Below, one piece after another: positions 48,244-58,977 of a stretch of DNA of 64,000 nt (its first letter is position 1; the number at the start of each line of letters is the position of its first letter). The stretch spans positions 8,668-72,667 of the forward strand of contig DASTZF010000248.1 in the NCBI GenBank assembly GCA_035764445.1, read 5' to 3'. The notes under the pieces are model-generated. The model searched no databases and was not told where the DNA came from. It was given only the letters and a program-made list of their open reading frames with translations. The DNA comes from Burkholderiaceae bacterium (lineage in GTDB: Bacteria; Pseudomonadota; Gammaproteobacteria; Burkholderiales; Burkholderiaceae_C). The position numbers and the translations under genes were made by a program.

Positions 48244-48854
48244 GACTTCTTCGCCGCGAACAGCGAGCTGAACCAGCCTTTGATCACCGCCCACAGCAAC
48301 GCGAGACCGTTGAGCGGCTTGGGCTCGGCCGCAGCGGCAGTGGCCTGTGTAGCGGCCGGCGCGCCAGACCCACCGGCCGATGGCGCAGCCGCCGCCTGCA
48401 TCGCTTGCACCTTGGCTGCGAAGTTCGCTGCGAACTGGCCGAGGATCTGATCGGACACCGGCCCCATCATGCGACCGCCGAAGGTGGCGACCTTGCCGCT
48501 CATCGTCACTTCGCTGGTGCCCATCAAGTTGCAGCTCGCGGCGTCGACCGCCTCCGCGCGCGCCTTGAGGTCCATCGACGCCGCCGAGCCGCCGGTGGCA
48601 TCGGTGCCCTTGGCGAACAGGTGCAGGCTCCTGGCCGTCGTGTCGATGCCCTTGACCTCGATCTCGCCGCGGAACGACAGGTTGGCCGGCCCGAGCTTCA
48701 CCGCCACCGTGCCCTTGTAGTGCTGCTCGTCGACCTTCTCGGTGATCTTGGCACCGGGCATGCACGACGCGACGCCTTCGATGTCCTGCAGCAGCGCCCA
48801 CGCGGTGTCGGCCGACGCCGGCATCGGGTACGACTTTTCGAGCTGAACCTTCAT
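48240..48854 (-). CDS. coxG: SRPBCC-fold CoxG-like protein with an Ala-rich linker and a hydrophobic C-terminal tail
   Basis: The start is ATG 48854. MKVQLEKSYPMPASADTAWALLQDIEGVASCMPGA is the CoxG family N-terminus, and the tail reads LNGLALLWAVIKGWFSSLFAAKKS. Confidence 0.85.
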   Translation of the reverse strand: MKVQLEKSYPMPASADTAWALLQDIEGVASCMPGAKITEKVDEQHYKGTVAVKLGPANLSFRGEIEVKGIDTTARSLHLFAKGTDATGGSAASMDLKARAEAVDAASCNLMGTSEVTMSGKVATFGGRMMGPVSDQILGQFAANFAAKVQAMQAAAAPSAGGSGAPAATQATAAAAEPKPLNGLALLWAVIKGWFSSLFAAKKS

Positions 48855-48867
48855 CGTTCTTGGACCG

Positions 48868-51300
<2,433 letters not shown>

Positions 51301-51329
51301 GGCGTGTCTCCGTTGGATGTGCGGGTCGG

Positions 51330-51821
51330 TCAGGCGGCGGTCTGCGCGGCGGCGAGCTTCTTGGCCGCCGACTGCACCGCCTTGACGATGTTCTGGTAAC
51401 CGGTGCAGCGGCACAGGTTGCCGGCGATGCCGTAGCGGATCTCCTGCTCGCTCGGATTGGGGTTCTCCTTCAGCAGCCGGTAGGTGCGCATCAGCATGCC
51501 AGGCGTGCAGTAGCCGCACTGCAGGCCGTGCTCCTCGTGGAACGCCTGCTGCACCGCGTGCAGCACGCCGCCTTGCTCGAGGCCCTCGACGGTCAGCACG
51601 TCGGCGCCGTCGCATTGCACCGCCAACATCGTGCACGACTTGACCGACATGCCGTCGACGTCGACCGTGCAGGCGCCGCAGTGCGACGTCTCGCAGCCGA
51701 TGTGCGGCCCGGTGTGCGCCAGCCGCTCGCGCAGCGTGTAGATCAGCAGCTCGCGCGCCTCGACGTCGACCGCGACCGGCTTGCCGTTGAGCTTGAACGA
51801 GACCTTGTGGGTGTTCGCCAT
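51330..51821 (-). CDS. coxS: CO-dehydrogenase-type small subunit, two [2Fe-2S] clusters (CoxS)
   Basis: The cluster motifs are [12 protein letters not shown]...KSC and QCGYCTPGM...NLCRCTGY. Confidence 0.95.
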   Translation of the reverse strand: MANTHKVSFKLNGKPVAVDVEARELLIYTLRERLAHTGPHIGCETSHCGACTVDVDGMSVKSCTMLAVQCDGADVLTVEGLEQGGVLHAVQQAFHEEHGLQCGYCTPGMLMRTYRLLKENPNPSEQEIRYGIAGNLCRCTGYQNIVKAVQSAAKKLAAAQTAA

Positions 51822-51837
51822 GGTGTTCTCCGCCGGC

Positions 51838-52704
51838 TCAGGGCTTGGCGCGCGACAGCGCGGTCTGCAGCGCGCGGCGCGTCATCTCGCCGGCCATCGC
51901 GGTCTTGTAGTCGGGACTGCCGCGCGGGCAGTGCGTCGGCGAGCACGCGGCCATCGCCAGCCGCGCCGCCTCGTTGAGGCTCGTGTCGTCGATCGCCTTG
52001 CCGACCAGATATTGCTCGGCCTGGGTCGCCTTGATCGGCGTCGCGCCGACGTTGGTCAGCGCGATCGCCACCTTGGCGACCGTACCGCCCTTCATCTGCA
52101 ACAGCACGGCCGCGGCGGCGGTGGCGAAGTCGCCGGTCTTGCGCTTGAACTTGCTGTAGCTCCAGCCGCTGCCGGCCGCCGGAATCGGGATGCGGATCTG
52201 CGTCAGGATCTCGTCGGCCTGCGCCTGCGTCGAGTACAGCCCGAGGAAGTGGCCGTTGACGTGGACCACGCGCTCGCCCTTGGGGCCGGTGAGCACGAAC
52301 GACGCGTCGAGGGCCAGCATCAACGCCGGATGGTCGTTGGCCGGATCGCCGTGGCAGATGTCGCCGCCGATCGTGCCGCGGTAGCGCACCTGCGGGTCGG
52401 CGATCTGGCTCACGCCCTCGGCCAGCAGTGGCACCTTCTCGGCCACCAGCTTGGAGTTCAGCAGTTCGTGCTCGGTGGTCATCGCACCGATGCGGATCTC
52501 GCCGCCCGCCTGCGCGATGCCGCGCAGGTCGGCGATCTTGCCGAGATCGATCAGCGCGCTCGGGGTCGCGAAGCGCAGCTTCATCATCGGCAGCAGGCTG
52601 TGGCCGCCGGCCAGCAGCTTGGCGTCGGGGCCCAGGCTGCCGAGCAGCTTGACCGCGTCGGCGACCGAGCGCGGCGCGTGGTAGTCGAAACCGGCGGGAA
52701 TCAT
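51838..52704 (-). CDS. coxM: CO-dehydrogenase-type medium FAD-binding subunit (CoxM)
   Basis: The product reads [16 protein letters not shown]...[15 protein letters not shown] and [18 protein letters not shown] (FAD_binding_5 / CO_deh_flav_C). Confidence 0.95.
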   Translation of the reverse strand: MIPAGFDYHAPRSVADAVKLLGSLGPDAKLLAGGHSLLPMMKLRFATPSALIDLGKIADLRGIAQAGGEIRIGAMTTEHELLNSKLVAEKVPLLAEGVSQIADPQVRYRGTIGGDICHGDPANDHPALMLALDASFVLTGPKGERVVHVNGHFLGLYSTQAQADEILTQIRIPIPAAGSGWSYSKFKRKTGDFATAAAAVLLQMKGGTVAKVAIALTNVGATPIKATQAEQYLVGKAIDDTSLNEAARLAMAACSPTHCPRGSPDYKTAMAGEMTRRALQTALSRAKP

Positions 52705-52869
52705 GGCGGGCGTCTCCTCATGGCGCGGGTGGCCCCGAGCCTGTTGTGGACGATAACCCTAGCGAAGCGCCGCGGGAAGTCGGTCCGCGATGCACGAATG
52801 GTCGCGCCGCGGCCACGAAGCGCGGCGTCGCCTGCACGAGCGGAGGGCATGGAGCCGAGGCTCCCGGGC

Positions 52870-53670
52870 TCAGCGGTCAGCGGCTGCTTCGGCGATGCCA
52901 AGCCGCTCGAGCAGCCGCGGCACGCTGGTGCGCGCCACCGGCAGGCTGCGCTCGTCGCCTTGCAGCTTGAGCATCACCTTGCCGTCGTCGCGCACGATCT
53001 GCTCGGCGTAGTCGAGGTTGGCCATGTAGCTGCGATGGATGCGCAGGAACGAGTTGCTGTCGAGGCGACCCTCGAGGTCGCCGATTGTCAGGTTGCAGAA
53101 GCCGGAGCTCTGGCCGGTGTGCACCCAGGTGTAGTGGCCTTCGGCGCGAACGTAACGCACGCTGGCGGCGTCGACCAGCACGATGCGGTTGCCCGCCACC
53201 GTCGGGATCTTCAGCAGCTGGCGCTTGGTATCGGGCCGCTGCGCAGCGCCGTCTTCACGGATCACGGCATCGGTGATGTCGTAGAACACCAGCGTGTGGC
53301 CTGCGGTGTCGCCGCGCTCGTCCGACATCTTGCTCACCTTGATCAGCAGCACCCGCTCCGGGATGTTGATGATCATCGTCATCGGCGGCGGGTTGCTCAC
53401 CGGGCATTCGGCCTGGTCGATCAGGAACTTCACCTTCGACTGCGAGCGCTCCGGGTGGAACGACAGCACCATTCTCTGGAACGGCCGCTTGTCCTCCACC
53501 GGCAGCATGCGCCGCGCGAAGCTGTTCATCGCCACCACCTTGAGGTCGCGGTCGAGCTGGACCAGCCCGACGTCGCTGCGTTCGAGCAGGTACAGAGGAC
53601 TGCCGGCGGCTACCCGTGCATCCACGGTCGATGGTGTCCTGAAGGTCGGTGCGATTGCCGATTGAAGCAT
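52870..53670 (-). CDS. One-component regulator: PAS-like sensor domain plus LytTR DNA-binding domain
   Basis: The C-terminal LytTR domain reads RIVLVDAASVRYVRAEGHYTWVHT......L.DLEGRLDSNSFLRIHRSYMANL. The N-terminal PAS-like region reads GLVQLDRDLKVVAMNSFARRML...HTLVFYDIT. I prefer ATG 53670 as the start (GGGGG upstream, and it leaves an 85-nt divergent intergenic region). The track ORF extends to 53733. Confidence 0.8.
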   Translation of the reverse strand: MLQSAIAPTFRTPSTVDARVAAGSPLYLLERSDVGLVQLDRDLKVVAMNSFARRMLPVEDKRPFQRMVLSFHPERSQSKVKFLIDQAECPVSNPPPMTMIINIPERVLLIKVSKMSDERGDTAGHTLVFYDITDAVIREDGAAQRPDTKRQLLKIPTVAGNRIVLVDAASVRYVRAEGHYTWVHTGQSSGFCNLTIGDLEGRLDSNSFLRIHRSYMANLDYAEQIVRDDGKVMLKLQGDERSLPVARTSVPRLLERLGIAEAAADR

Positions 53671-53755
53671 CAATGCCCCCGCGGCGCATCGGGCACTCCC
53701 CGCGCCGTCGCGCGGCCGAGGGTGCGCCGTCATGGCGGCGCGTTAGAGTGCGGCC

Positions 53756-55102
53756 ATGGCCCTGAAGGACGCGCGCGGCAATCTGCTCGGCACCGACTCG
53801 CCGGCCGCGCGCGATGCGGTGGAGATGGCGCTGTGGCGCATGATGTCCTTCTACGACCCGCCGTTGGCCGACCTTGACCGCGCGATCACCGACGATCCGC
53901 ACTGGCCGCTGCCGCACGTGATGAAGGCGGGCTTCCTGCTCAGCCTGACCGAGCCGTCGCAGGTGGCCGACGCGCGGGCGCACCTGGAGCGCGCGCGACT
54001 GCTGCTGGCCGCCGCGCCGACGCGCGAGCGCGCGCACTGGGACGCCACCCAGCGGGTGCTCGAAGGCCGCTGGCACGACGCCTGCACGCTGTGGGACGAG
54101 TGGCTGCTCGACCATCCGCGTGACGCGCTGGCGCTGCAGTGGGCGCACCTGTGGGACTTCTACCGCGGCGACTCCGCCAGCCTGCGCGCGCGCCCGGCGC
54201 GTGCACTGCCCGAGTGGGACCACGCCGATCCGCTGTATCCGCACGTGCTGGCGCTGCACGCGTTCGGCCTCGAGGAGTGCAACCTGCAGGTGCAGGCCGA
54301 GGACGCGGGCCGCCGGGCGCTGTCGCTCGACGCGCGCTCGCCGTGGGCGATCCACGCGGTGGCGCACGTGATGGAGATGCAGGGCCGCTTCGACGATGGT
54401 GCCGCGTGGCTGCGCCACCACCAGCGCGCCTGGGCCGAAGGCAACGGCTACGCCTGCCACCTGTGGTGGCACCTGGCGCTGTTCAGGCTGGAAGGGCTCG
54501 ACGACACCGGCGTGCTGCGCCTGGTCGATGCGCACCTGTCGAGCGACGCGTTGCAGGTGACGCTGCAGCGTGTCGACGCGGCGGCGATCCTGTGGCGGCT
54601 GCACCTGCTGGGCGTCGACGTCCGCGCTCGCTGCGCCGATCTGGTCGCGCAGTGGGATCTGGCCGACGACAGCGTCGGCTACTACGCGTTCAACGATGTG
54701 CACGCGCTGCTGGCGATGCTGGCGGCAGACGACGGCGCGCGCGCCGAACACTGGGTCGCGCGCTGCGCCGCACGGGCGCTGGCGGCCGACGACGCGCCGC
54801 GTGCGAACCACGCGATGGCTCGCGAGGTCGGCGCACCCCTGATGCGCGCGTTGCTGGCGCTGGCCCGAGGCGATGCCGCCGCCGCGGCGCAGGCGTTGTA
54901 CGCGGTGCGTGGCAAGGCGCAGCGCTTCGGGGGCAGCCACGCGCAGCGCGACCTGATCGACCAGACGCTGCTGGCGGCCGCGGCGGCCGACCCCGCTGCG
55001 CGCTCGCTCGGCCGCGCAGTGCTCAACGAGCGCCGCACCGCGCGCCCGCTGACGCCGCTGACGCGTTGCTGGGGCGAGCGGCTCGGGGTGACGATGAGCT
55101 GA
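53756..55102 (+). CDS. Tetratricopeptide-repeat protein (TTC38-like)
   Basis: The 448-aa product is all-helical. HVMKAGFLL...W.HLWDFY.GD...HAVAHVMEMQGR...LWWHLALF resembles the TTC38 family. Confidence 0.7.
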   Translation: MALKDARGNLLGTDSPAARDAVEMALWRMMSFYDPPLADLDRAITDDPHWPLPHVMKAGFLLSLTEPSQVADARAHLERARLLLAAAPTRERAHWDATQRVLEGRWHDACTLWDEWLLDHPRDALALQWAHLWDFYRGDSASLRARPARALPEWDHADPLYPHVLALHAFGLEECNLQVQAEDAGRRALSLDARSPWAIHAVAHVMEMQGRFDDGAAWLRHHQRAWAEGNGYACHLWWHLALFRLEGLDDTGVLRLVDAHLSSDALQVTLQRVDAAAILWRLHLLGVDVRARCADLVAQWDLADDSVGYYAFNDVHALLAMLAADDGARAEHWVARCAARALAADDAPRANHAMAREVGAPLMRALLALARGDAAAAAQALYAVRGKAQRFGGSHAQRDLIDQTLLAAAAADPAARSLGRAVLNERRTARPLTPLTRCWGERLGVTMS

Positions 55103-55109
55103 GGCCGCC

Positions 55110-55463
55110 ATGGACCCGCGCAAGGACAAGCCCAACCCACTGAAGCTGCTCGACGACCACATCGGCGAGCATCTGCGCGAGAGCGAGGCGTCGGGCGAAC
55201 TGCGTGCCGCGCCGAGCTTCGGCAAGCCCCTGCGCTTCAACGACGGCTACGACGAGACGCCCGAAGAGTGGCGGATGGCGATGAAGATCCTGCACGACGC
55301 CGGCGTCGTGCCGCCGGAGGTCGAGCTGTTGCACCAGCTGGCGGCGCTGCGCCGCGACGCCGCCGCAGCCACCGACGCCGAGCAAGCGCGCTGCCTTGGC
55401 CAGAAGGCGAGCGAACTCGAGCAGTTGATCCGGTTGCGGCTGGAGCGCTTCAGGGGCGGCTGA
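55110..55463 (+). CDS. DnaJ-homologue-subfamily-C-member-28-like, DUF1992 protein
   Basis: The 117-aa product reads ESEASGELRAAPSFGKPL.F......TPEEWRMAMKILHDAGVVPPEVELL, the typical DUF1992 core. Confidence 0.7.
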   Translation: MDPRKDKPNPLKLLDDHIGEHLRESEASGELRAAPSFGKPLRFNDGYDETPEEWRMAMKILHDAGVVPPEVELLHQLAALRRDAAAATDAEQARCLGQKASELEQLIRLRLERFRGG

Positions 55464-55487
55464 CCGGAGCGGGCGCGACCGCCGCGC

Positions 55488-56147
55488 CTACACCCAGGGC
55501 TGCGCCAACCCTTCGTCGGCGAGCACGCGCTGCACCGCCGCTCGCGCGAGCATGCGCTGCAGGTAGGGCCCGAGCTGCGGCGACTCGCGCGCCGGCTTGG
55601 CCGCCGCACCTTTGAAGCCGCGCGTCCAGCGGCACAGCACGAACGCGTACGGGTCCAGCGCGGTGTAGGTCGAGCCCAGCAACCACGGTTGTCCGTGCGA
55701 CGCCAATTGCGTGTCGAGCTGGCCGAGCAATTCGCCGATGCGCGCCTGCGCGCGCTGGCGGACCTGGCCCGCACCGGCCTCATTGCCGTCGTCGACCCAG
55801 CGCTCGGGGTAGAAATACGCGATCAGCGTGGCATGCAGCGAGTTGCTCATCCAGACCAGCCACTTGTAGAAGTGCGCCCGCTCCGGTGTGCCCAGCGCCG
55901 GGGCCAGGCCGCTCTTCGGGTGAGTGTCGACCAGGTGCAGGCAGACCGCCGCGGTCTCATACAGCACCAGCGGGCCGTCTTCGAGCACCGGGATCAGCCC
56001 GTTGGGGTTGAGCTTCAGATACGCGGCTGACTTGTGCGCACCCTGCGAGCGGTTGACCAGCTTCAGCTCGAACGGCAGCTTCAGCTCGTGCAGCAGGATG
56101 TGCGGGATCATGCTCGCGTTGCCGGGGTAGTAGTGGAGTGCGAGCAT
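55488..56147 (-). CDS. Glutathione S-transferase
   Basis: The start is ATG 56147, preceded by GGAAGGA. YLKLNPNGLIPVLEDGPLVLYETAAVCLHL is the GST N-terminal fold, and an alpha-helical C-terminal domain follows. Confidence 0.9.
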   Translation of the reverse strand: MLALHYYPGNASMIPHILLHELKLPFELKLVNRSQGAHKSAAYLKLNPNGLIPVLEDGPLVLYETAAVCLHLVDTHPKSGLAPALGTPERAHFYKWLVWMSNSLHATLIAYFYPERWVDDGNEAGAGQVRQRAQARIGELLGQLDTQLASHGQPWLLGSTYTALDPYAFVLCRWTRGFKGAAAKPARESPQLGPYLQRMLARAAVQRVLADEGLAQPWV

Positions 56148-56216
56148 CAGGATCCTTCCGGCGGCCATGTGCGCGGCCACGCGGCCGCTGCGCAAGCTTA
56201 GCCTGCACAGCGCGGG

Positions 56217-56966
56217 TCAGCGTTGCGGGTCGGCGCTTTGCTGAAAGGTGCGGTCGTTGGCCGCCCCGACCGCTGTCGTCGTGCCCGCGCTGGCAGCAAT
56301 GCTGCTGGCAGCAGAGGCCGCGGCGGCGGCCGCATGCCGCTGCGGCAGATCGCGCACCCACTCCGACGGGATCGCGAAGTTCAGGTTCTGCGCGTCGCCG
56401 CTCACCGACCCGAGCGTCGTCAGCCCAACGAGCATGCCCTGCGCGTCGAACAGCCCGCCGCCGCTGGAGCCGCCGGAGATCGCGGCCGAGGTCTGGATCA
56501 GGATCAGCTGTCCCGCGGGATTGCGCCGCAACGACGACACCAGGCCCGCGCTCATCGTCAGCTCCAAGCCCTTGGGGTTGCCGATCGCAAACACGTTCTG
56601 GCCGACGGTGACCCTGCTCGAATCGGCCACCGAGACCGCCGGCGCCTTGAGGCCGACCGCGCGCAGCTGGCACAGGTCGCGCTTCACGTCCCACATCGCC
56701 AGCTTGGCGTCGAGCGATTCCTTCTCGCGCTTGATGGCGACCCGCTTGGCCCTGGCCAGCACGTGACAGTTGGTGACCAGCGCCTCCGGGCCCACCACGA
56801 CGCCGCTGCCCTGACCGAGCGGCAGGTTGTCGGCGTCGTAGGTCACCACGCGCCAGACGCTCGGCGACACCTTGGCGTACACCTGCTCCGCAGTGAGCGC
56901 GTGCGCACCGTTGGCAGCGCCGGCCAGCGTCAGGACCAGCGAAACGTGGAGGCAGCGTCTCGTCAT
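56217..56966 (-). CDS. Secreted trypsin-like (S1C) serine protease without a PDZ domain
   Basis: The start ATG 56966 overlaps the upstream stop (ATGA). A signal peptide is followed by GSGVVVGPEALVTNCHV (His) and TSAAISGGSSGGGLF (Ser). Confidence 0.85.
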   Translation of the reverse strand: MTRRCLHVSLVLTLAGAANGAHALTAEQVYAKVSPSVWRVVTYDADNLPLGQGSGVVVGPEALVTNCHVLARAKRVAIKREKESLDAKLAMWDVKRDLCQLRAVGLKAPAVSVADSSRVTVGQNVFAIGNPKGLELTMSAGLVSSLRRNPAGQLILIQTSAAISGGSSGGGLFDAQGMLVGLTTLGSVSGDAQNLNFAIPSEWVRDLPQRHAAAAAASAASSIAASAGTTTAVGAANDRTFQQSADPQR

Positions 56967-57592
56967 TGCGAGATCAGCCCTTGCAGGTCGTCGGCGCTGG
57001 CGCCCGGGCGCAGCACGGCAGCGCCGCCATCCTGGCCGCCCTGCGTCGCGTTGTTGCCCGAGGGTCGGGCCTGCGCCATCGGCACGCAGAAGTTGCCCTT
57101 GGCGTCGCGACGCACGGCGCCGGTCGGCGCGGCCATTGCGTCGGGATTGGTCGCGTCGAGCAGCGCGGCGCGGCAGCTGTTGCCGTAGGCGATGCCGTTG
57201 ACCAGATACGAGCGGCCGGCCACCGGTGTGAACGACCAGCGCAACATGCACGATTCCTTGTTGGGCTTGACCAGCATGAAATCGATCGTGGTCAGCGCAC
57301 CGGCGGCCAGCGGCACCGTGGTCGGGTTGCGAGTGCTGCTGCCGGCGCCCGCCAGCCGCGGGCCCTTGCAGTTTTCGGCGTCGTCATGGACGAGCACACC
57401 GAAGGCGTCGCCCGAAGCCACCGCGCCGCGCATCACCAGTTTGGCGGTCGGCGCCCCGGCGGGGGCGGTGTAGTTGGGCAGCTTGGGCGCTGGCGTCGCG
57501 CAGCCCGCCAGCAGCGCCGACAGCGCGGCGAGGGCGGCCAGACCGGATGCGGCGGGTGATGCCGTGCGCAAACTCGACGATGGCTTGGACAT
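56963..57592 (-). CDS. Hypothetical lipoprotein (209 aa, Cys-rich)
   Basis: The start is ATG 57592. The lipobox is LSALLAGC, and five further Cys residues are present. I recognise no family. Confidence 0.65.
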   Translation of the reverse strand: MSKPSSSLRTASPAASGLAALAALSALLAGCATPAPKLPNYTAPAGAPTAKLVMRGAVASGDAFGVLVHDDAENCKGPRLAGAGSSTRNPTTVPLAAGALTTIDFMLVKPNKESCMLRWSFTPVAGRSYLVNGIAYGNSCRAALLDATNPDAMAAPTGAVRRDAKGNFCVPMAQARPSGNNATQGGQDGGAAVLRPGASADDLQGLISQ

Positions 57593-57736
57593 ACGAGCGC
57601 GGCGCGCGGCCGATGCAGTTGCAGTTCGCTCGCAGTCTAGGGTTCCGTCGCTGCGGCGGGAGCGCAGCAACGGGACGAACAACGCGTCGTCGTGATGGAT
57701 TTGTGCCGACTTGCCGGCCGCTCGGCGAGCTGGTGG

Positions 57737-58741
57737 TTACGTCACGCAGCCGGCGTCGACGGTGGCGACCGCGCCGACCGCCACCGGCGCTGGGATGCGG
57801 TAGCCGTAGCGCACCGCGGTGAGCTCGGCCAGGATGCCGATCGCGATTTCGGGCGGCGTGCGCGCACCGTTCTTCAGCCCGACCGGGCCGTGCAGCCGCG
57901 TGAACTCTGACTCCTGCATGCCGAAGTGTTCGATCAGGCGCTGCTTGCGCTTGGCCTGGTTGGCGCGCGAGCCGATCGCCCCGACGTAGAACGCGGGGCT
58001 GCGCAGCGCTTCCATCAGCGCCAGGTCGTCGAGCTTCGGGTCGTGCGTCAGCGCGATGATCGCGGTGTGGCCGTCGACCTTCAGCGTGCTGAGCAGGTCG
58101 TCGGGCATCTGGCGCGACAGCGTCGCCCCTTCGATCGCGAAGCCGGCGGCGTACTCGTCGCGCGGGTCGCAGACGATCACCTCGTAGTCCAGCGCGCTGG
58201 CCATCTGCGCCAGGTACTGCGTCATCTGGCCGGCACCGATCAGCACCAGCCGCCAGCGCGGGCCGTGGTGCGTCGTCAGCGTCGTCTCGGTCAACTCCAG
58301 CTCGTCGGTGTCACCGGCGGGCTCGAGCGTGACATCGCCGGTCGCGATGGTGAGCACTCGCCGCACGCGTTCGCCTTTGGACAAGCGCTCGAGCAACTCG
58401 CCGATGCGCGTGCGTGGCAGCACAGGCTCGAGCACCAGCTCGATCAGGCCGCCGCACGGCAGCCCGAAGCGGTGGGCGGCGTCGGCGTCGATGCCGTAAC
58501 GCACGACCCTGGGCTTGCCTTCGGCCAGCACGCCTTCGCGCGCCTTGTCGATCAGGTCGTCCTCGATGCAACCGCCCGACACCGACCCGGTCACCATGCC
58601 GTCGTCGCGGATTGCCACGACCGAGCCAGGCGGCCGCGGTGCCGAGCCCCACGTCCGCGTGATCGTGCCGAGCACGACGCGGCGACCGTCGGTGCACCAC
58701 TGCGCCACCTGGCGCAAGACTTGAAGGTCGACGTTGTCCAT
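57737..58741 (-). CDS. XdhC/CoxI-family molybdoenzyme maturation factor
   Basis: The start is ATG 58741. VVLGTITRTWGSAPRPPGSVVAIRDDGMVTGSVSGGCIE is the XdhC_CoxI domain, and RLVLIGAGQMTQYLAQMASALDYEVIVCDPR is the XdhC_C Rossmann domain. Confidence 0.9.
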   Translation of the reverse strand: MDNVDLQVLRQVAQWCTDGRRVVLGTITRTWGSAPRPPGSVVAIRDDGMVTGSVSGGCIEDDLIDKAREGVLAEGKPRVVRYGIDADAAHRFGLPCGGLIELVLEPVLPRTRIGELLERLSKGERVRRVLTIATGDVTLEPAGDTDELELTETTLTTHHGPRWRLVLIGAGQMTQYLAQMASALDYEVIVCDPRDEYAAGFAIEGATLSRQMPDDLLSTLKVDGHTAIIALTHDPKLDDLALMEALRSPAFYVGAIGSRANQAKRKQRLIEHFGMQESEFTRLHGPVGLKNGARTPPEIAIGILAELTAVRYGYRIPAPVAVGAVATVDAGCVT

Positions 58742-58977
58742 GTTCGGATCTCCTGAAGGGCGGGCCGCGCCTGCGCACGACCACACCCAACCTCGGGCAT
58801 GCATCATGCGAGCGCCCGTCGAGGCTGAAGTTCTACCACGGAGCTGGCATCCGGTCCGTTGCCCGGGGCGTGTCGCATTTCCGTAGCGGCCGGCATCGAC
58901 GCCAAGGACCGGGCCTGTCGTGGGTGGCCGCATTTTGTTGATCTGGTCGGCTTGCCGCTGGCGCCATCGCCGGGACA

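Noticed and set aside
51781-53877. A 698-aa plus-strand ORF opposite coxM and the LytTR gene. The similar ORF 53255..55240 (661 aa) lies opposite the TPR gene.
   Set aside because: Both are antisense to genes with strong motif support. No recognisable domains are present and the composition is shadow-ORF-like.
58845-58862. A sigma-54-like element TGGCAT-N8-TTGC in the xdhC/ravA intergenic region
   Set aside because: The GG-to-GC spacing is about 3 nt longer than the canonical TGGCAC-N5-TTGC, so it does not fit a -24/-12 promoter.
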